NCBI GenBank assembly: GCA_025060055.1
Contig: JANXCK010000239.1
Span: 1 to 25,249 of the forward strand
DNA: 25,249 bases
Direction: 5' to 3'
From: Fimbriimonadales bacterium
GTDB lineage: Bacteria > Armatimonadota > Fimbriimonadia > Fimbriimonadales > GBS-DC
Shown: piece by piece, positions 7,780 through 16,816 of the stretch
How positions within the stretch are numbered: the stretch's first letter is position 1
Layout of the letters: each line of letters starts with the position of its first letter
Made by a program: the position numbers and the translations under genes
The notes under the pieces: generated by a model
The model's database searches: none
What the model was told of the DNA's origin: nothing
What the model saw: the letters and a program-made list of their open reading frames with translations, nothing else

Positions 7780-8271
7780 TCAGTCGCGCGAGTAACCAGT
7801 TTCAGAGACTTCCAACCTCAGCGGGTGAACAGTAATCCTTCGTCGGGTCTCGCCCTCAGGGAAGAGGCGTACCGTGTATCCCCACTGCGTAGGCAACGGC
7901 ACGCCGAGCAGTCTCAGCCGTTCTGCCCACTCTATGGCAGTGATCCCCATGCGCTCGAAAAGCTCATCCAGCCCCAGCGTGCGGATTTGTTCGGGCGTCT
8001 CGATTCGGTACAGGTCGATGTGGAAAAAGGGCAACCCTTGCAGATGGGGCGGCTGCTGGATAGTGTACTCGTGGATGAGTGTGAAAGTTGGGCTGCGAAT
8101 CGGTTCGGTGATACCCAGTCCGCGTGCCAGTCCGCGTATGAAAGTCGTCTTGCCCGCTCCCAAGTCGCCTTCGAGCAGAATTGCCGTGTCCGCCTGCAAG
8201 TTTTGCGCCCACTGCGCCGCGAACGCTTCGGTAGCGGCAGGGCTGTCGGACAGGAACTCAGTCGAGGTCAT
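7780..8271 (-). CDS. tsaE: tRNA threonylcarbamoyladenosine biosynthesis ATPase TsaE
   Basis: LLEGDLGAGKTTFIRGLARGLG, IRSPTFTLIHEY, HIDLYR and IEWAER. Confidence 0.96.
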   Translation of the reverse strand: MTSTEFLSDSPAATEAFAAQWAQNLQADTAILLEGDLGAGKTTFIRGLARGLGITEPIRSPTFTLIHEYTIQQPPHLQGLPFFHIDLYRIETPEQIRTLGLDELFERMGITAIEWAERLRLLGVPLPTQWGYTVRLFPEGETRRRITVHPLRLEVSETGYSRD

Positions 8272-8656
8272 CGTCGTAGCGCTCGAAGCGAATCAGCAGC
8301 GACTGTGGGTCGACAGGCAAATTATGCTCGTGAATCAGTTGCAGGATGCGCATGTTGGTCTGCGCCACCACCTCTGCCATTTCGCGGTTCATCTGCTCGA
8401 TGCGTTCCAGTAGGCGCAGAATGATGTCTACGCCCGCGAGGTTCACGCCCAGTTGCTGTGTCAATCGCTGGATGCGGCGCAGGCGGGCGATGTCGGCTTC
8501 CGAGTAGAGCCGTTTGCTATTACCCACGCGGTAGGGCTGGATTAGCCCCAGTCGCTCATAGAGCCGAATGGTTTGAGGGTGTAGCCCGCACATGCGCGCC
8601 ACGACGCTGATGAGGTACACCGGCTCGTTCGATGGGCGATTGCCATCCTGCCTCAT
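8258..8656 (-). CDS. hspR: HspR-like MerR-family heat-shock repressor
   Basis: [67 protein letters not shown] overlap with the dnaJ stop, GGAGG SD, and position directly after dnaK-dnaJ. Confidence 0.9.
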   Translation of the reverse strand: MRQDGNRPSNEPVYLISVVARMCGLHPQTIRLYERLGLIQPYRVGNSKRLYSEADIARLRRIQRLTQQLGVNLAGVDIILRLLERIEQMNREMAEVVAQTNMRILQLIHEHNLPVDPQSLLIRFERYDDDLD

Positions 8657-9735
8657 ACTTTCACCTCCTGCGAGTGGCGTAGGCGTTGCAGCTGTTCCAG
8701 CAGCTCGCGCTCGCGCGGCGAAAGGTGTCGGGGCACGGTGATTCGGGCGCGGGCATACAAATCGCCGATTTTGCCTTTGCCCAGCGGTAGCCCTTTGCCT
8801 GCCAGTCTGAAACGGGTGCCGCTTTGCGTGCCTGCAGGCACTTTCATCTTCACGGTTCCGTGCGGCGTGGGCACTTCCACCTCGCCGCCGAGAATCGCCG
8901 TGAGGTAGTCGATGTCCAGTTCGATATAGAGGTCGTCGTCTTTGCGCTCGAAGCGCGGGTCGGGCTTGATTTTGAGGCGCAGGTACAGGTCGCCGCGCTT
9001 GCCGTTTGCGCCGAGTGCGCCCTCGCCCGCAAGGCGCAAGCGTTGCCCTTCCGCCACGCCTGCGGGGATGTTCACTGTGAGCGTGCGCGTGCGCACCACC
9101 GTGCCCTGTCCACGACAGGCAGGGCATGGCGCGCCCACGATGCCCGTGCCGTCGCACTCGTCGCAGTGCATCTCCAGCCCGAACATACCGAACCGTCGAC
9201 GCCCTGTGCCGCCGCAGGCGCGACAGGTCTGGCGACGGTTCGGCGCAATGCCCATCCCGCCGCAGCTCTCACACGGCTCCTCTGTGCTAAGCTGAATCGT
9301 GCGTGTTGCGCCGTGAATTGCGTCTTGCAGGCTGATTTCGAGGGTCTGCTCGATGTCGCGCGGGGCGCGCTGCATCCGCAAGCCGCTCTCGAAGCCCCCG
9401 CCGCGCAGTAGGTTCTCGATGAACTCCTGGAAGTTGCCGAAACCGAATGGCGATTCGAACCCGTCGGGCTGGAAGCCCTCGCCGTACTGCTCGCGCATGC
9501 GCTGGTAGGCTTGCCACTGCTCGCCGTAGCGGTCATATGCCGCGCGCTTTTCAGGGTCGGACAGCACTTGGTAGGCTTCGTTGATTTCCTTGAACTTCTC
9601 TTCGGCGGTTTTGTCGCCAGGGTTCACATCGGGGTGATACTTGCGCGCGAGCTTGCGGTACGCCGCCTTGATTTCCTTCTCGGTGGCGTTCCGCGATACA
9701 CCCAGAATCTGGTAGTAGTCTTTGAAGTCGCGCAT
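8653..9735 (-). CDS. dnaJ: DnaJ co-chaperone with J domain, four CxxCxGxG zinc-finger repeats and C-terminal domain
   Basis: [26 protein letters not shown]; [32 protein letters not shown]; [17 protein letters not shown]. Confidence 0.95.
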   Translation of the reverse strand: MRDFKDYYQILGVSRNATEKEIKAAYRKLARKYHPDVNPGDKTAEEKFKEINEAYQVLSDPEKRAAYDRYGEQWQAYQRMREQYGEGFQPDGFESPFGFGNFQEFIENLLRGGGFESGLRMQRAPRDIEQTLEISLQDAIHGATRTIQLSTEEPCESCGGMGIAPNRRQTCRACGGTGRRRFGMFGLEMHCDECDGTGIVGAPCPACRGQGTVVRTRTLTVNIPAGVAEGQRLRLAGEGALGANGKRGDLYLRLKIKPDPRFERKDDDLYIELDIDYLTAILGGEVEVPTPHGTVKMKVPAGTQSGTRFRLAGKGLPLGKGKIGDLYARARITVPRHLSPRERELLEQLQRLRHSQEVKV

Positions 9736-9757
9736 CGTGTATCACTCCGCCTCATTT

Positions 9758-9941
9758 GTGGCTTGGACAGTCTTGTCCAAGCATACAACAGCGCGTAGCG
9801 TCGGCGTCTTGCCGACGATTGCACGGACGCGACTGTCCGTGCTACGGATGCACGGGCTGGAAGCCCGTGCCACGCGTAGCCCGCACGGACAAGACTGTCC
9901 GTGCCACGCGCAGTTCGCACGGACAAGACTGTCCGTGCTAC
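9758..9941. repeat. Family B REP cluster, six hairpins, between dnaK and dnaJ
   Basis: GTGGCTTGGACAGTCTTGTCCAAGC, GTAGCGTCGGCGTCTTGCCGACG, GCACGGACGCGACTGTCCGTGCTAC, GCACGGGCTGGAAGCCCGTGCCAC and two GCACGGACAAGACTGTCCGTGC(C/T)AC. Confidence 0.88.
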
Positions 9942-9943
9942 GA

Positions 9944-11845
9944 TTATTTCTCTTCGCGATACTCGGCGTCGATCACATCGTCGCCGCTGGCACTGCTGGT
10001 GGCGCCTGCCGTCGCGCCCGTGTCGCTGGTGTAGCCCGCCGTGCGCTGCCGATAGAGCTGCTCGGTGATGCGGTAGGTCAGGCTCTCCAGCTCGCTCATC
10101 AGGCTGATGGCGCGTTCGGCGTTCTGTTGCTGGATGGCTTCGCGGATGTCTCGAATCAGGCTCTCGGCGCGCTCGCGATCGCTCGCGCTGATTTGCTCGC
10201 CCTGCTCTTTGAGTAGCCGTTCGGTCTCGATAGCGAGTCGCTCGGCGCGGTTGAGCTGCTCGGCTTGCTCGCGCAGTTTGCGGTCGCGCTCGGCGTTCGC
10301 CTCCGCCTCCTTGACCATGCGCTCCACCTCCTCGCGCGTGAGGTTCGTGGAGCCTGTGATGCGGATGCTCTGCGCGCGCCCGGTGCCTAAATCCTTCGCT
10401 GACACCTGCAGAATGCCGTTCGCGTCAATGTCGAAGGTCACCTCAATCTGGGGCACGCCAGCGGGCGCAGGCGGAATGCCATCTAAGTGGAACACGCCGA
10501 GTAGCTTATTGTCGCGCGCCATCGGGCGCTCACCCTGATAGACGCGCACCTCCACGCTGGTCTGCCCGTCGGCAGCGGTGGTGAAAATCTCGCTCTTGCG
10601 CGTCGGGATCGTGGTGTTGCGCGGAATCAGCACGGTAAAGATACCGCCTTTGGTCTCGATCCCAAGCGAGAGCGGGGTGACATCGAGCAGCACGATGTCT
10701 TTCACCTCGCCTGCCAGCACGCCTGCCTGAATTGCTGCGCCAATCGCCACTACCTCGTCGGGGTTCACGCCCTTGTGCGGTTCCTTGCCTGTAATCTGGC
10801 GCACCATCTCCTGCACTTTCGGGATGCGCGTGGAGCCGCCCACCAGCACCACCTCGTCCACATCGCTCGGCTTCAACCCCGCGTCCTCCAGCGCACGGAA
10901 GATAGGCCCCTTGAGCCGCTCGAACAGATCGGCGCAGAGGTCTTCGAACTTCGCGCGGGTGAGCGTCATATCGAGGTGCTTGGGTCCGCTGGCGTCTGCC
11001 GTGATGAACGGCAGGTTGATGGTGGTGGTAGTCACGCTGGACAGTTCGATCTTGGCGCGTTCGGCGGCTTCCTTCAGGCGTTGCAGCGCCTGCCGATCGT
11101 GGCGTAGGTCGATGCCATGCTCTTTCTTGAACTCGTCGGCGAGGTAGTCCACAATCCGCTGGTCAAAATCGTCGCCGCCGAGGTGCGTGTCGCCCGATGT
11201 GGACTTCACTTCGAACACGCCGTCGCCCACTTCCAGAATCGACACATCAAAAGTGCCGCCGCCGAGGTCGAACACCAGAATTGTTTCGTTGGTCTTCTTG
11301 TCCAGCCCGTAAGCGAGCGCGGCGGCAGTCGGTTCGTTGATGATGCGCAGCACTTTCAGCCCCGCGATTTCGCCTGCATTCTTAGTGGCGGTGCGCTGCG
11401 CGTCGTTGAAGTAAGCGGGCACGGTAATCACGGCAGCGTCCACTTTCTCGCCCAAGTAGGCTTCGGCGTCGGCTTTGAGCTTTTGCAGCACTATTGCCGA
11501 AATCTCTTCGGGGCGCAGCGTCCTATCGAGCGCGGGGACATACACGGCGGCGTCGCCCTTGCTGTCGGCGACCACCTTATAGGGCACACGCTTGCGCTCT
11601 TCCTCGACTTCGTCATAGCGTCGCCCGATGAAGCGCTTGATGGAAAAGAGGGTGTTCTCAGGGTTCACGATTGCCTGTCGCTTGGCGGGCGCGCCCACCA
11701 GCCGCTCGCCCGTTTTCGTGAAGCCCACGACCGACGGGCACAAACGACCGCCCTCCGCCGTCGGAATCACGACGGGCTCGCCGCCCTCCAGTACGGCAAT
11801 CACCGAGTTCGTCGTCCCTAAATCGATACCCACTACCTTGCCCAT
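9944..11845 (-). CDS. dnaK: Molecular chaperone DnaK (Hsp70)
   Basis: [52 protein letters not shown] and [13 protein letters not shown]; GGAGG SD. Confidence 0.99.
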   Translation of the reverse strand: MGKVVGIDLGTTNSVIAVLEGGEPVVIPTAEGGRLCPSVVGFTKTGERLVGAPAKRQAIVNPENTLFSIKRFIGRRYDEVEEERKRVPYKVVADSKGDAAVYVPALDRTLRPEEISAIVLQKLKADAEAYLGEKVDAAVITVPAYFNDAQRTATKNAGEIAGLKVLRIINEPTAAALAYGLDKKTNETILVFDLGGGTFDVSILEVGDGVFEVKSTSGDTHLGGDDFDQRIVDYLADEFKKEHGIDLRHDRQALQRLKEAAERAKIELSSVTTTTINLPFITADASGPKHLDMTLTRAKFEDLCADLFERLKGPIFRALEDAGLKPSDVDEVVLVGGSTRIPKVQEMVRQITGKEPHKGVNPDEVVAIGAAIQAGVLAGEVKDIVLLDVTPLSLGIETKGGIFTVLIPRNTTIPTRKSEIFTTAADGQTSVEVRVYQGERPMARDNKLLGVFHLDGIPPAPAGVPQIEVTFDIDANGILQVSAKDLGTGRAQSIRITGSTNLTREEVERMVKEAEANAERDRKLREQAEQLNRAERLAIETERLLKEQGEQISASDRERAESLIRDIREAIQQQNAERAISLMSELESLTYRITEQLYRQRTAGYTSDTGATAGATSSASGDDVIDAEYREEK

Positions 11846-11948
11846 GGCTCTGTCCTCCGTAAGGTAATTATTTGGCTACCACGCCCTGCTTCCACAGGAA
11901 TTGATACTTCCTGCGCGAAGGGGAAGTTCCCGTTTGTTGAGCAGATAG

Positions 11949-11979
11949 ATTGTACCTGACTTGAGCAAGGTATTGTCAA
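11949..11979 (-). promoter_or_regulatory. Sigma70-type promoter of the dnaK operon
   Basis: Minus strand reads TTGACA (11979-11974), 19 nt, TACAAT (11954-11949). The spacer is at the long limit. Confidence 0.6.
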
Positions 11980-11980
11980 G
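11960..11980. promoter_or_regulatory. HAIR-like HspR operator overlapping the dnaK -35
   Basis: CTTGAGC-N7-TGTCAAG versus the established HAIR consensus CTTGAGT-N7-ACTCAAG (11/14 matches). An hspR gene lies in the same run. Confidence 0.72.
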
Positions 11981-11988
11981 ATGTTGGT

Positions 11989-12037
11989 GTGGGTGTTCGA
12001 AAAATGCCTGTAGACAGGGCGGCTCAAGCCGTTCCTG
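11989..12037. repeat. Truncated shell-E/family A element ending at the shell D insertion
   Basis: GTGGGTGTTCGAAAAATGCCTGTAGACAGGGCGGCTCAAGCCGTTCCTG aligns with the start of the 823 and 19421 copies. Confidence 0.55.
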
Positions 12038-12194
12038 TTATACCAATTAGGATTTCAAGCGTCGTTATACCCTCACCCCCTTGTCCCCCTCTCCCACCGC
12101 GTGGGCGAGGGGGAATTCGGCTCCCCTCTCCCGCAACGCGGGAGAGGGGCTGGGGGTGAGAGAACAACGGCATTTGAAACCCCGCTTGGTATTA
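12038..12194. mobile_element. MITE-like shell D, copy 3 (151 bp, 12041-12191), carrying a family C palindrome (12069-12160)
   Basis: Left TIR TACCAATTAGGATTTCAAG; right TIR TTTGAAACCCCGCTTGGTA; flanked by TTA (12038-12040) and TTA (12192-12194). The second TTA is the stop codon of the TPR gene. Confidence 0.78.
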
Positions 12195-14333
12195 CTTGCG
12201 AGTGCTCCCTGCGCCGTTGCGTAGCCTCGATCGCGCCTCTTGGAGCAGAGCCGTGACTGTGCGGTCGTTGTAGCCGCTGCGCTGGAGCTCCAAAAGCACC
12301 TGCTCAGCCTCTGCGGGGCGTCCCTGCAAGAGGCGTAATCGTGCCAGCGCAATCCCATAAGCGATTCGATCGGGGTCGCGTTGGGCAGCGGCACGCAGGT
12401 GTGCCTCGGCTAATGCCAGGTTGCGCTCGTTCATCCAGTGGTGCGCGGCAGCAACCCATTTGCTGGCGCTTCGCAGTTGCTGCAGTCCCTCCGCAGCGAC
12501 GGAGCCACTCGGATTGGGCAACAGCGCGTAGGCTTTGCGGAACTCGGCTTCCGCAAGGTCGAGCCGTGCGCGACGCGCGTAAATCAATCCCAGCGCCTGA
12601 TGCCCCATAAACTGGGGTGGCTTACCCAGCACGCGCTGTTTGATGATTCGTTCCGCTGCCTCGTGCTCGCCGCGCTCGGAAAGCATCGCAGCAAAGTTGT
12701 TCCATGCCGTGACATTCTCAGGTTCTACCTCAGTCGCCTGCCGAAATGCGACGATAGCAGCATCTGGGTCGCCTAAACGCAGCAGTGCAACGCCTTTGTT
12801 CACATAGCCCATCCCGCTGCGCGGCGCAACCCGAATTGCCCGCTCAGCGTATTCCAACGCCTCAGTGTACCTGCCCATCTTCGCGTACAAGTCCGACAAG
12901 TTGCTGAACCCGACGGGCGAGCTGGGCGAAGCGACCGTGAGCCACTTCCAAAGCGTCTCTGCGTCGCGCCAGTTCGGTAAGTTATACGCGCTCGTGATAA
13001 TAAGCCCAACGCCCCACACCGCGATAAGCGTCCGCAACGCCCACGAAGTGCTGACGCGCCACATCGACAGCCGCGCAGACCAAAAATCCGTGCCACTTGG
13101 CGGCTTGGGCGACCTCGCCCAAGCAGGTGTGGCGTCAGCGTCTTGCCGACGACGATGCACGGACTTCCAGTCCGTGCCAGTTGGGGGCTGAGCGGTCTTG
13201 CCCAAGCGCGGCACAAGCGGAGGCTCAACACCGTGCACAAGCCCCAGCAGAAACAGCGCGAGTGGGAACGTCAGAAACCGCTCTGCCGTGAAGATGCCAT
13301 ATGCGAACTCCAGCGGGCGCAGGTTCAGCACGGGCAGCAGCGCAACCAGCCCCGCCGCCACAAGCCAGCCGACCTGAGGACGACGCCGAATCAGATACCC
13401 GACCCCCAACAGGGTCAGACCCGCCAACCCCAGTTGCGCCCACGCCCAGCCCTCATTCAGCGGTATAGGCAGCTCAGAATGGTGTGCAGCGGTGATACTC
13501 GGAAATGGGAACAGCACCAGTCCTGTCAAGGTGGTTAGTGTGCGTCCAATCAGCAGAAGATGCTGTAGGGGCGTGCCCGCCTCAATCTGGGCGTCGCCTA
13601 TCGGTGCGGTGAGCCAGTATCCTAATGCGGCATAGCGCACGACAAGATACACCATCAGCGCGCCGCCCAGCGCGCCGTACAACGCCCGATCCTGACGCCA
13701 GAGCCGAACTACCTTTTCTCTCAACCCGCTGCCCTCTTGCTGCGCCAGCTGCCACAGCACCAGCACAAGCGGGAACACCAGCGCCATCTCCTTACAAAAC
13801 AGCGCCAAGAGGAACGCGCCCGACACGCCCCAAAGGCGTGCAACACCCCGCAGACACCCCTCCAGCCACAGCGCCAGCAGCAGGAAGAGCGTCACGGTCA
13901 GGTCATACCGCGACGAGACGAACGCCACACTCTCCACTAAGGCGGGATGCACACCGTACAGGGCGCCTGCCAGCAGCCCCATCCAGTGCCCGCGCAGCAG
14001 GCGCAGCCCCAACGCCATCACGAGCGCGGTGTTCAGCAGGTGGATTTGCAGATTCGCTGCATGGAACGGCGCGGGATTATCTTTCCACAGCCAAATCTGC
14101 ACGAGCAAACTGCTCAGTGCCAGCGGGCGGAAGTAGTTCGGCGAGAAGTCCAGCGGTTGACTCACTGCCTCCAGCCAACGCGCGGGTGAGCGGTAGTCGG
14201 CACGCCCGTAAATCAGCTGGTCGTCGTCCCACACGAACTTGAAGCGCACTGTCGGCGCGTAAAGCGCACCCACCATTACCAAAATCGCCAGTGCGCCGCC
14301 CCACTGCAGCGCTTGCAAGCCGTTGCGAAACAC
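12192..14333 (-). CDS. Multi-pass membrane protein with C-terminal TPRs, TMTC-like/GT-C glycosyltransferase family
   Basis: FVWDDDQLI and NYFRPL first-loop motifs, HPALVESVAFVSSRYDL, many hydrophobic helices, AERFLTFP, NWRDAETLW, then about five TPR units. GTG start at 14333 inferred from the -10 box and first TM helix; the ORF track starts at 14414. Confidence 0.8.
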   Translation of the reverse strand: MFRNGLQALQWGGALAILVMVGALYAPTVRFKFVWDDDQLIYGRADYRSPARWLEAVSQPLDFSPNYFRPLALSSLLVQIWLWKDNPAPFHAANLQIHLLNTALVMALGLRLLRGHWMGLLAGALYGVHPALVESVAFVSSRYDLTVTLFLLLALWLEGCLRGVARLWGVSGAFLLALFCKEMALVFPLVLVLWQLAQQEGSGLREKVVRLWRQDRALYGALGGALMVYLVVRYAALGYWLTAPIGDAQIEAGTPLQHLLLIGRTLTTLTGLVLFPFPSITAAHHSELPIPLNEGWAWAQLGLAGLTLLGVGYLIRRRPQVGWLVAAGLVALLPVLNLRPLEFAYGIFTAERFLTFPLALFLLGLVHGVEPPLVPRLGKTAQPPTGTDWKSVHRRRQDADATPAWARSPKPPSGTDFWSARLSMWRVSTSWALRTLIAVWGVGLIITSAYNLPNWRDAETLWKWLTVASPSSPVGFSNLSDLYAKMGRYTEALEYAERAIRVAPRSGMGYVNKGVALLRLGDPDAAIVAFRQATEVEPENVTAWNNFAAMLSERGEHEAAERIIKQRVLGKPPQFMGHQALGLIYARRARLDLAEAEFRKAYALLPNPSGSVAAEGLQQLRSASKWVAAAHHWMNERNLALAEAHLRAAAQRDPDRIAYGIALARLRLLQGRPAEAEQVLLELQRSGYNDRTVTALLQEARSRLRNGAGSTRK
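13074..13207. repeat. Family B REP cluster (five degenerate hairpins) inserted in frame inside the TPR membrane-protein gene
   Basis: Coding strand carries GCTTGGGCAAGACCGCTCAGC, GGCACGGACTGGAAGTCCGTGC, CGTCGGCAAGACGCTGACGCCAC, GCTTGGGCGAGGTCGCCCAAGCC and GTGGCACGGATTTTTGGTCTGCG, all variants of the intergenic units. Confidence 0.85.
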
Positions 14334-14338
14334 GCAGT

Positions 14339-14344
14339 AGTATA
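14339..14344 (-). promoter_or_regulatory. -10 box (TATACT), 5 nt before an in-frame GTG of the TPR gene
   Basis: Minus strand reads CGTGTATACTACTGC-GTG, with no SD. Confidence 0.55.
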
Positions 14345-14364
14345 CACGAGAGCCTTTTACTCGC

Positions 14365-15621
14365 CTATTTCCCGCACGGCGCGTTCGGGGGCAGTCCGCA
14401 GAACAGGCGGTCATACGCTGTGAGCAGTACTTGCTCGCTGCGCTCCCAGCTCAGACAGTCTAAGAACCGCTGCCGTCCGTATTGGCTCATGAAGCGCCGA
14501 CGCTCCTCGTCGTGCAGCAGTTCCAAAATCGTGTCGCCGAACGATTCGGGGCGATCGTCAGGCGGGGAAATCAGCGACTCCTGCGCCGACCATTTGTTCT
14601 CGATGCTTTGGGTAGCGACAATCGGCAGCCCAACCGCCATAAACTCGATAATTTTGTTCATGGTGGAGCGCGCAGTATAGGTGTTGTCGGGGTCGCTGGC
14701 GACGCCCACATCCGCCGTGCTGAGGTAGCGCAGGAGCAGCTCGCGTTCGCGCACAAAGCCCGTGAAGGTAATGTAGTCTTGCAGGTTCAGCTGTTGCGCG
14801 AGCCGCTTGACTTCCTCAAGGCAGTCGCCCGAGCCAACCGCGATGAAATGCACATCGGTATACCCGCGTGTATACACAATATGGTGCGCTGCCTTGACGA
14901 AGATATCCGTCCCGTCCTGAGGTCCCATAATCCCCAGATAGCACACGAGGTACTTCTTGCCCTTTTTGATGCTGGGGTCAGGCTCGACGGGACAGAACTC
15001 GGAGGCGCGTGGCCCGCTGCGCACAATCACAATCTTTTCGGGGTCTGCCTTGCCCCGCTCGATCGCGTTTTGGCGGTACGACTCGTTCATTTCGATAATC
15101 ATATCCGCCAGTTGGTACGACCAGCGTTCGAACAGCACCTGCAGGTGGTAAAACAGTCCGCGTTTTTTGAAGCGCACTTCGTACAGCTCGGGACACAGGT
15201 CACGATGCTCATACACGAACTTCTTACCGCGCGCCTTGTAGTACAGCCCGATAGACCAGAAGATGTCCAACGGGTTGCCCACATGGAACACATCGAAGCC
15301 TTGTTCGCGTTCCACGCGCTTGCTCAGGCGGAAAGTGTGCCAGAGGCAGTAGAGTGCTTCTTTGATGAAGTTGCCGACGCTGTGGGTAGGTGGTGGCATC
15401 GGGTAGCGGTACAGGTGGATGCCTTCCATCTGGCAGTATTCGGGGTCTTCGGGCGGGCGCGGCGAGATGACCGAGACGTGGTAGCCCGCGCGGCGCAGAG
15501 AGGTCGCCACCTGCCACATGCGGCGATCATGCGGCACTGGCAGGTTCTCCAGCACCAGCAGTATCTTCCTCGGTTGTGCCTCGAGCGTCTGGGTACGCTC
15601 TACTTCCGACTCTTTCAACAT
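14365..15621 (-). CDS. Glycosyltransferase family 4
   Basis: LVLENLPVPHDRRMWQ, YEHRDLCPELY, YLGIMGPQDG and STMNKIIEFMAVGLPIV. AGGAG SD before MLKESE at 15621. Confidence 0.92.
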   Translation of the reverse strand: MLKESEVERTQTLEAQPRKILLVLENLPVPHDRRMWQVATSLRRAGYHVSVISPRPPEDPEYCQMEGIHLYRYPMPPPTHSVGNFIKEALYCLWHTFRLSKRVEREQGFDVFHVGNPLDIFWSIGLYYKARGKKFVYEHRDLCPELYEVRFKKRGLFYHLQVLFERWSYQLADMIIEMNESYRQNAIERGKADPEKIVIVRSGPRASEFCPVEPDPSIKKGKKYLVCYLGIMGPQDGTDIFVKAAHHIVYTRGYTDVHFIAVGSGDCLEEVKRLAQQLNLQDYITFTGFVRERELLLRYLSTADVGVASDPDNTYTARSTMNKIIEFMAVGLPIVATQSIENKWSAQESLISPPDDRPESFGDTILELLHDEERRRFMSQYGRQRFLDCLSWERSEQVLLTAYDRLFCGLPPNAPCGK

Positions 15622-16808
15622 ACCAACTCCTGCGCGATTGGTTGGGGCATGGGCGTCAGTCCCATCAGGTGGCACACCTGCTCGGCGTGCGCTCGGATCG
15701 AGTACCGCTCCGCTGTGCGACGCGCATGTTGGCTCAGGCGCTCGCGATGGTGTAAAGCGCGCTCGATCAGGTCAGCCAGCTGGTCGGGGTCGCGCTCCGT
15801 GAGCAGGTAGCCGTTCTCGTCATCGTGAACGACGGCGGGCATGCCACCGACGTTGGTCACTACAGCAGGCACGCCGCACGCCAACGCTTCCAGCAAGGCA
15901 GTCGGCAAGCCCTCCCACAGCGAGGTCATCACAAACACATCCGCCCGATGGTAGTACGGCAATATCGCCTCGCGTGGCAGCAAGCCCGTCATCACGACAC
16001 TGTCCGAGACTCCGCTTCGCTCGATGGCGTGGCGCACCTCCGCCTCCACTGGGTTGAAATCGTGCGAGCCGCCCACAATCGTGAGCGTTGCGTCAGGATA
16101 GCGTGCGCGGAACCGTGCAAAGCCCGCGATTAGCAAATCCAGCCCTTTGGAGGCGTCGAGCCTGCCCACGAACAGAATCTGGGGCGCACCCGACTCGCGT
16201 TCCGCAGGCGGGGTGTACTCGTCGATCTCTATCCCCAGCGGCGTGAAGTGGATCTTAGAGGCGTGCTGGGGGAACTTGCCCACATAGTAGTCGTGGTCGG
16301 CGGGGCTGATGGTGAACACACCCTGCGCCCGCGCAATCACACGCGCCTCCATGCGCATAAACCACGCGCGAAACGCTCGCCACCGAAACAGCGGATGCGA
16401 AGTCCACCTCTCGAAGAACGCCGATTGCCCGTGCGTATTGAAGAAGAGCGGAGCATTGGCGTTGAGGAACGCCAGTCCATGTTCTGCCCGTTGAATGTAG
16501 ATGGCTGCGCCCATCCGTGCAAACTCCGCTCTTTGACGCTTCAGGGCGTTCAGGAACCTGTAGTTGAGCGGGATTTTGGAGCGTCGCTGCTTCGCATCGT
16601 CCACATACAGCAGGGGCAGGAACGGACGCTCCACCTCCTTGATTTTTACCGTTGTCCACTGGCGTAAGGGCAGGCGGGGGTCGGTCGTGATGCCGACGCA
16701 GTAGAGTTCGACGGGGGCGTAGCGGGCGAAGTTTTTCGTGTACTCCAGCACGCCACCCATCGGATACTCTGCAAAGTCCCCAGCGTACGCCAAGATGAGT
16801 TTGCGCAT
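15615..16808 (-). CDS. Glycosyltransferase family 4
   Basis: ILFVGRLDASKGLDLL and ADVFVMTSLWEGLPTALLEALACGVPAVVTNVGG (EX7E motif). Confidence 0.94.
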   Translation of the reverse strand: MRKLILAYAGDFAEYPMGGVLEYTKNFARYAPVELYCVGITTDPRLPLRQWTTVKIKEVERPFLPLLYVDDAKQRRSKIPLNYRFLNALKRQRAEFARMGAAIYIQRAEHGLAFLNANAPLFFNTHGQSAFFERWTSHPLFRWRAFRAWFMRMEARVIARAQGVFTISPADHDYYVGKFPQHASKIHFTPLGIEIDEYTPPAERESGAPQILFVGRLDASKGLDLLIAGFARFRARYPDATLTIVGGSHDFNPVEAEVRHAIERSGVSDSVVMTGLLPREAILPYYHRADVFVMTSLWEGLPTALLEALACGVPAVVTNVGGMPAVVHDDENGYLLTERDPDQLADLIERALHHRERLSQHARRTAERYSIRAHAEQVCHLMGLTPMPQPIAQELVC

Positions 16809-16816
16809 CGTTGCTC

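Noticed and set aside
8657-9157. ORF-track 299-aa version of HspR
   Set aside because: The extra part is an alternative frame of dnaJ. The real start is the ATGA overlap at 8656 with a GGAGG SD.
10107-11867. Long plus-strand ORFs antisense to dnaK (e.g. 11117-11821)
   Set aside because: Antisense open frames are expected opposite strongly biased GC-rich genes such as dnaK. No recognisable motifs or signals.
11846-12037. CIRCE element or structured RNA thermometer upstream of dnaK
   Set aside because: No TTAGCACTC-N9-GAGTGCTAA match was seen. The small leader hairpins do not cover the SD, and the HAIR box explains the regulation.
14482-15810. 442-aa plus-strand ORF opposite the GT4 genes (also 1935-2474, 3655-4374, 5706-6434)
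   Set aside because: These are shadow ORFs on the opposite strand of well-supported genes in high-GC DNA.
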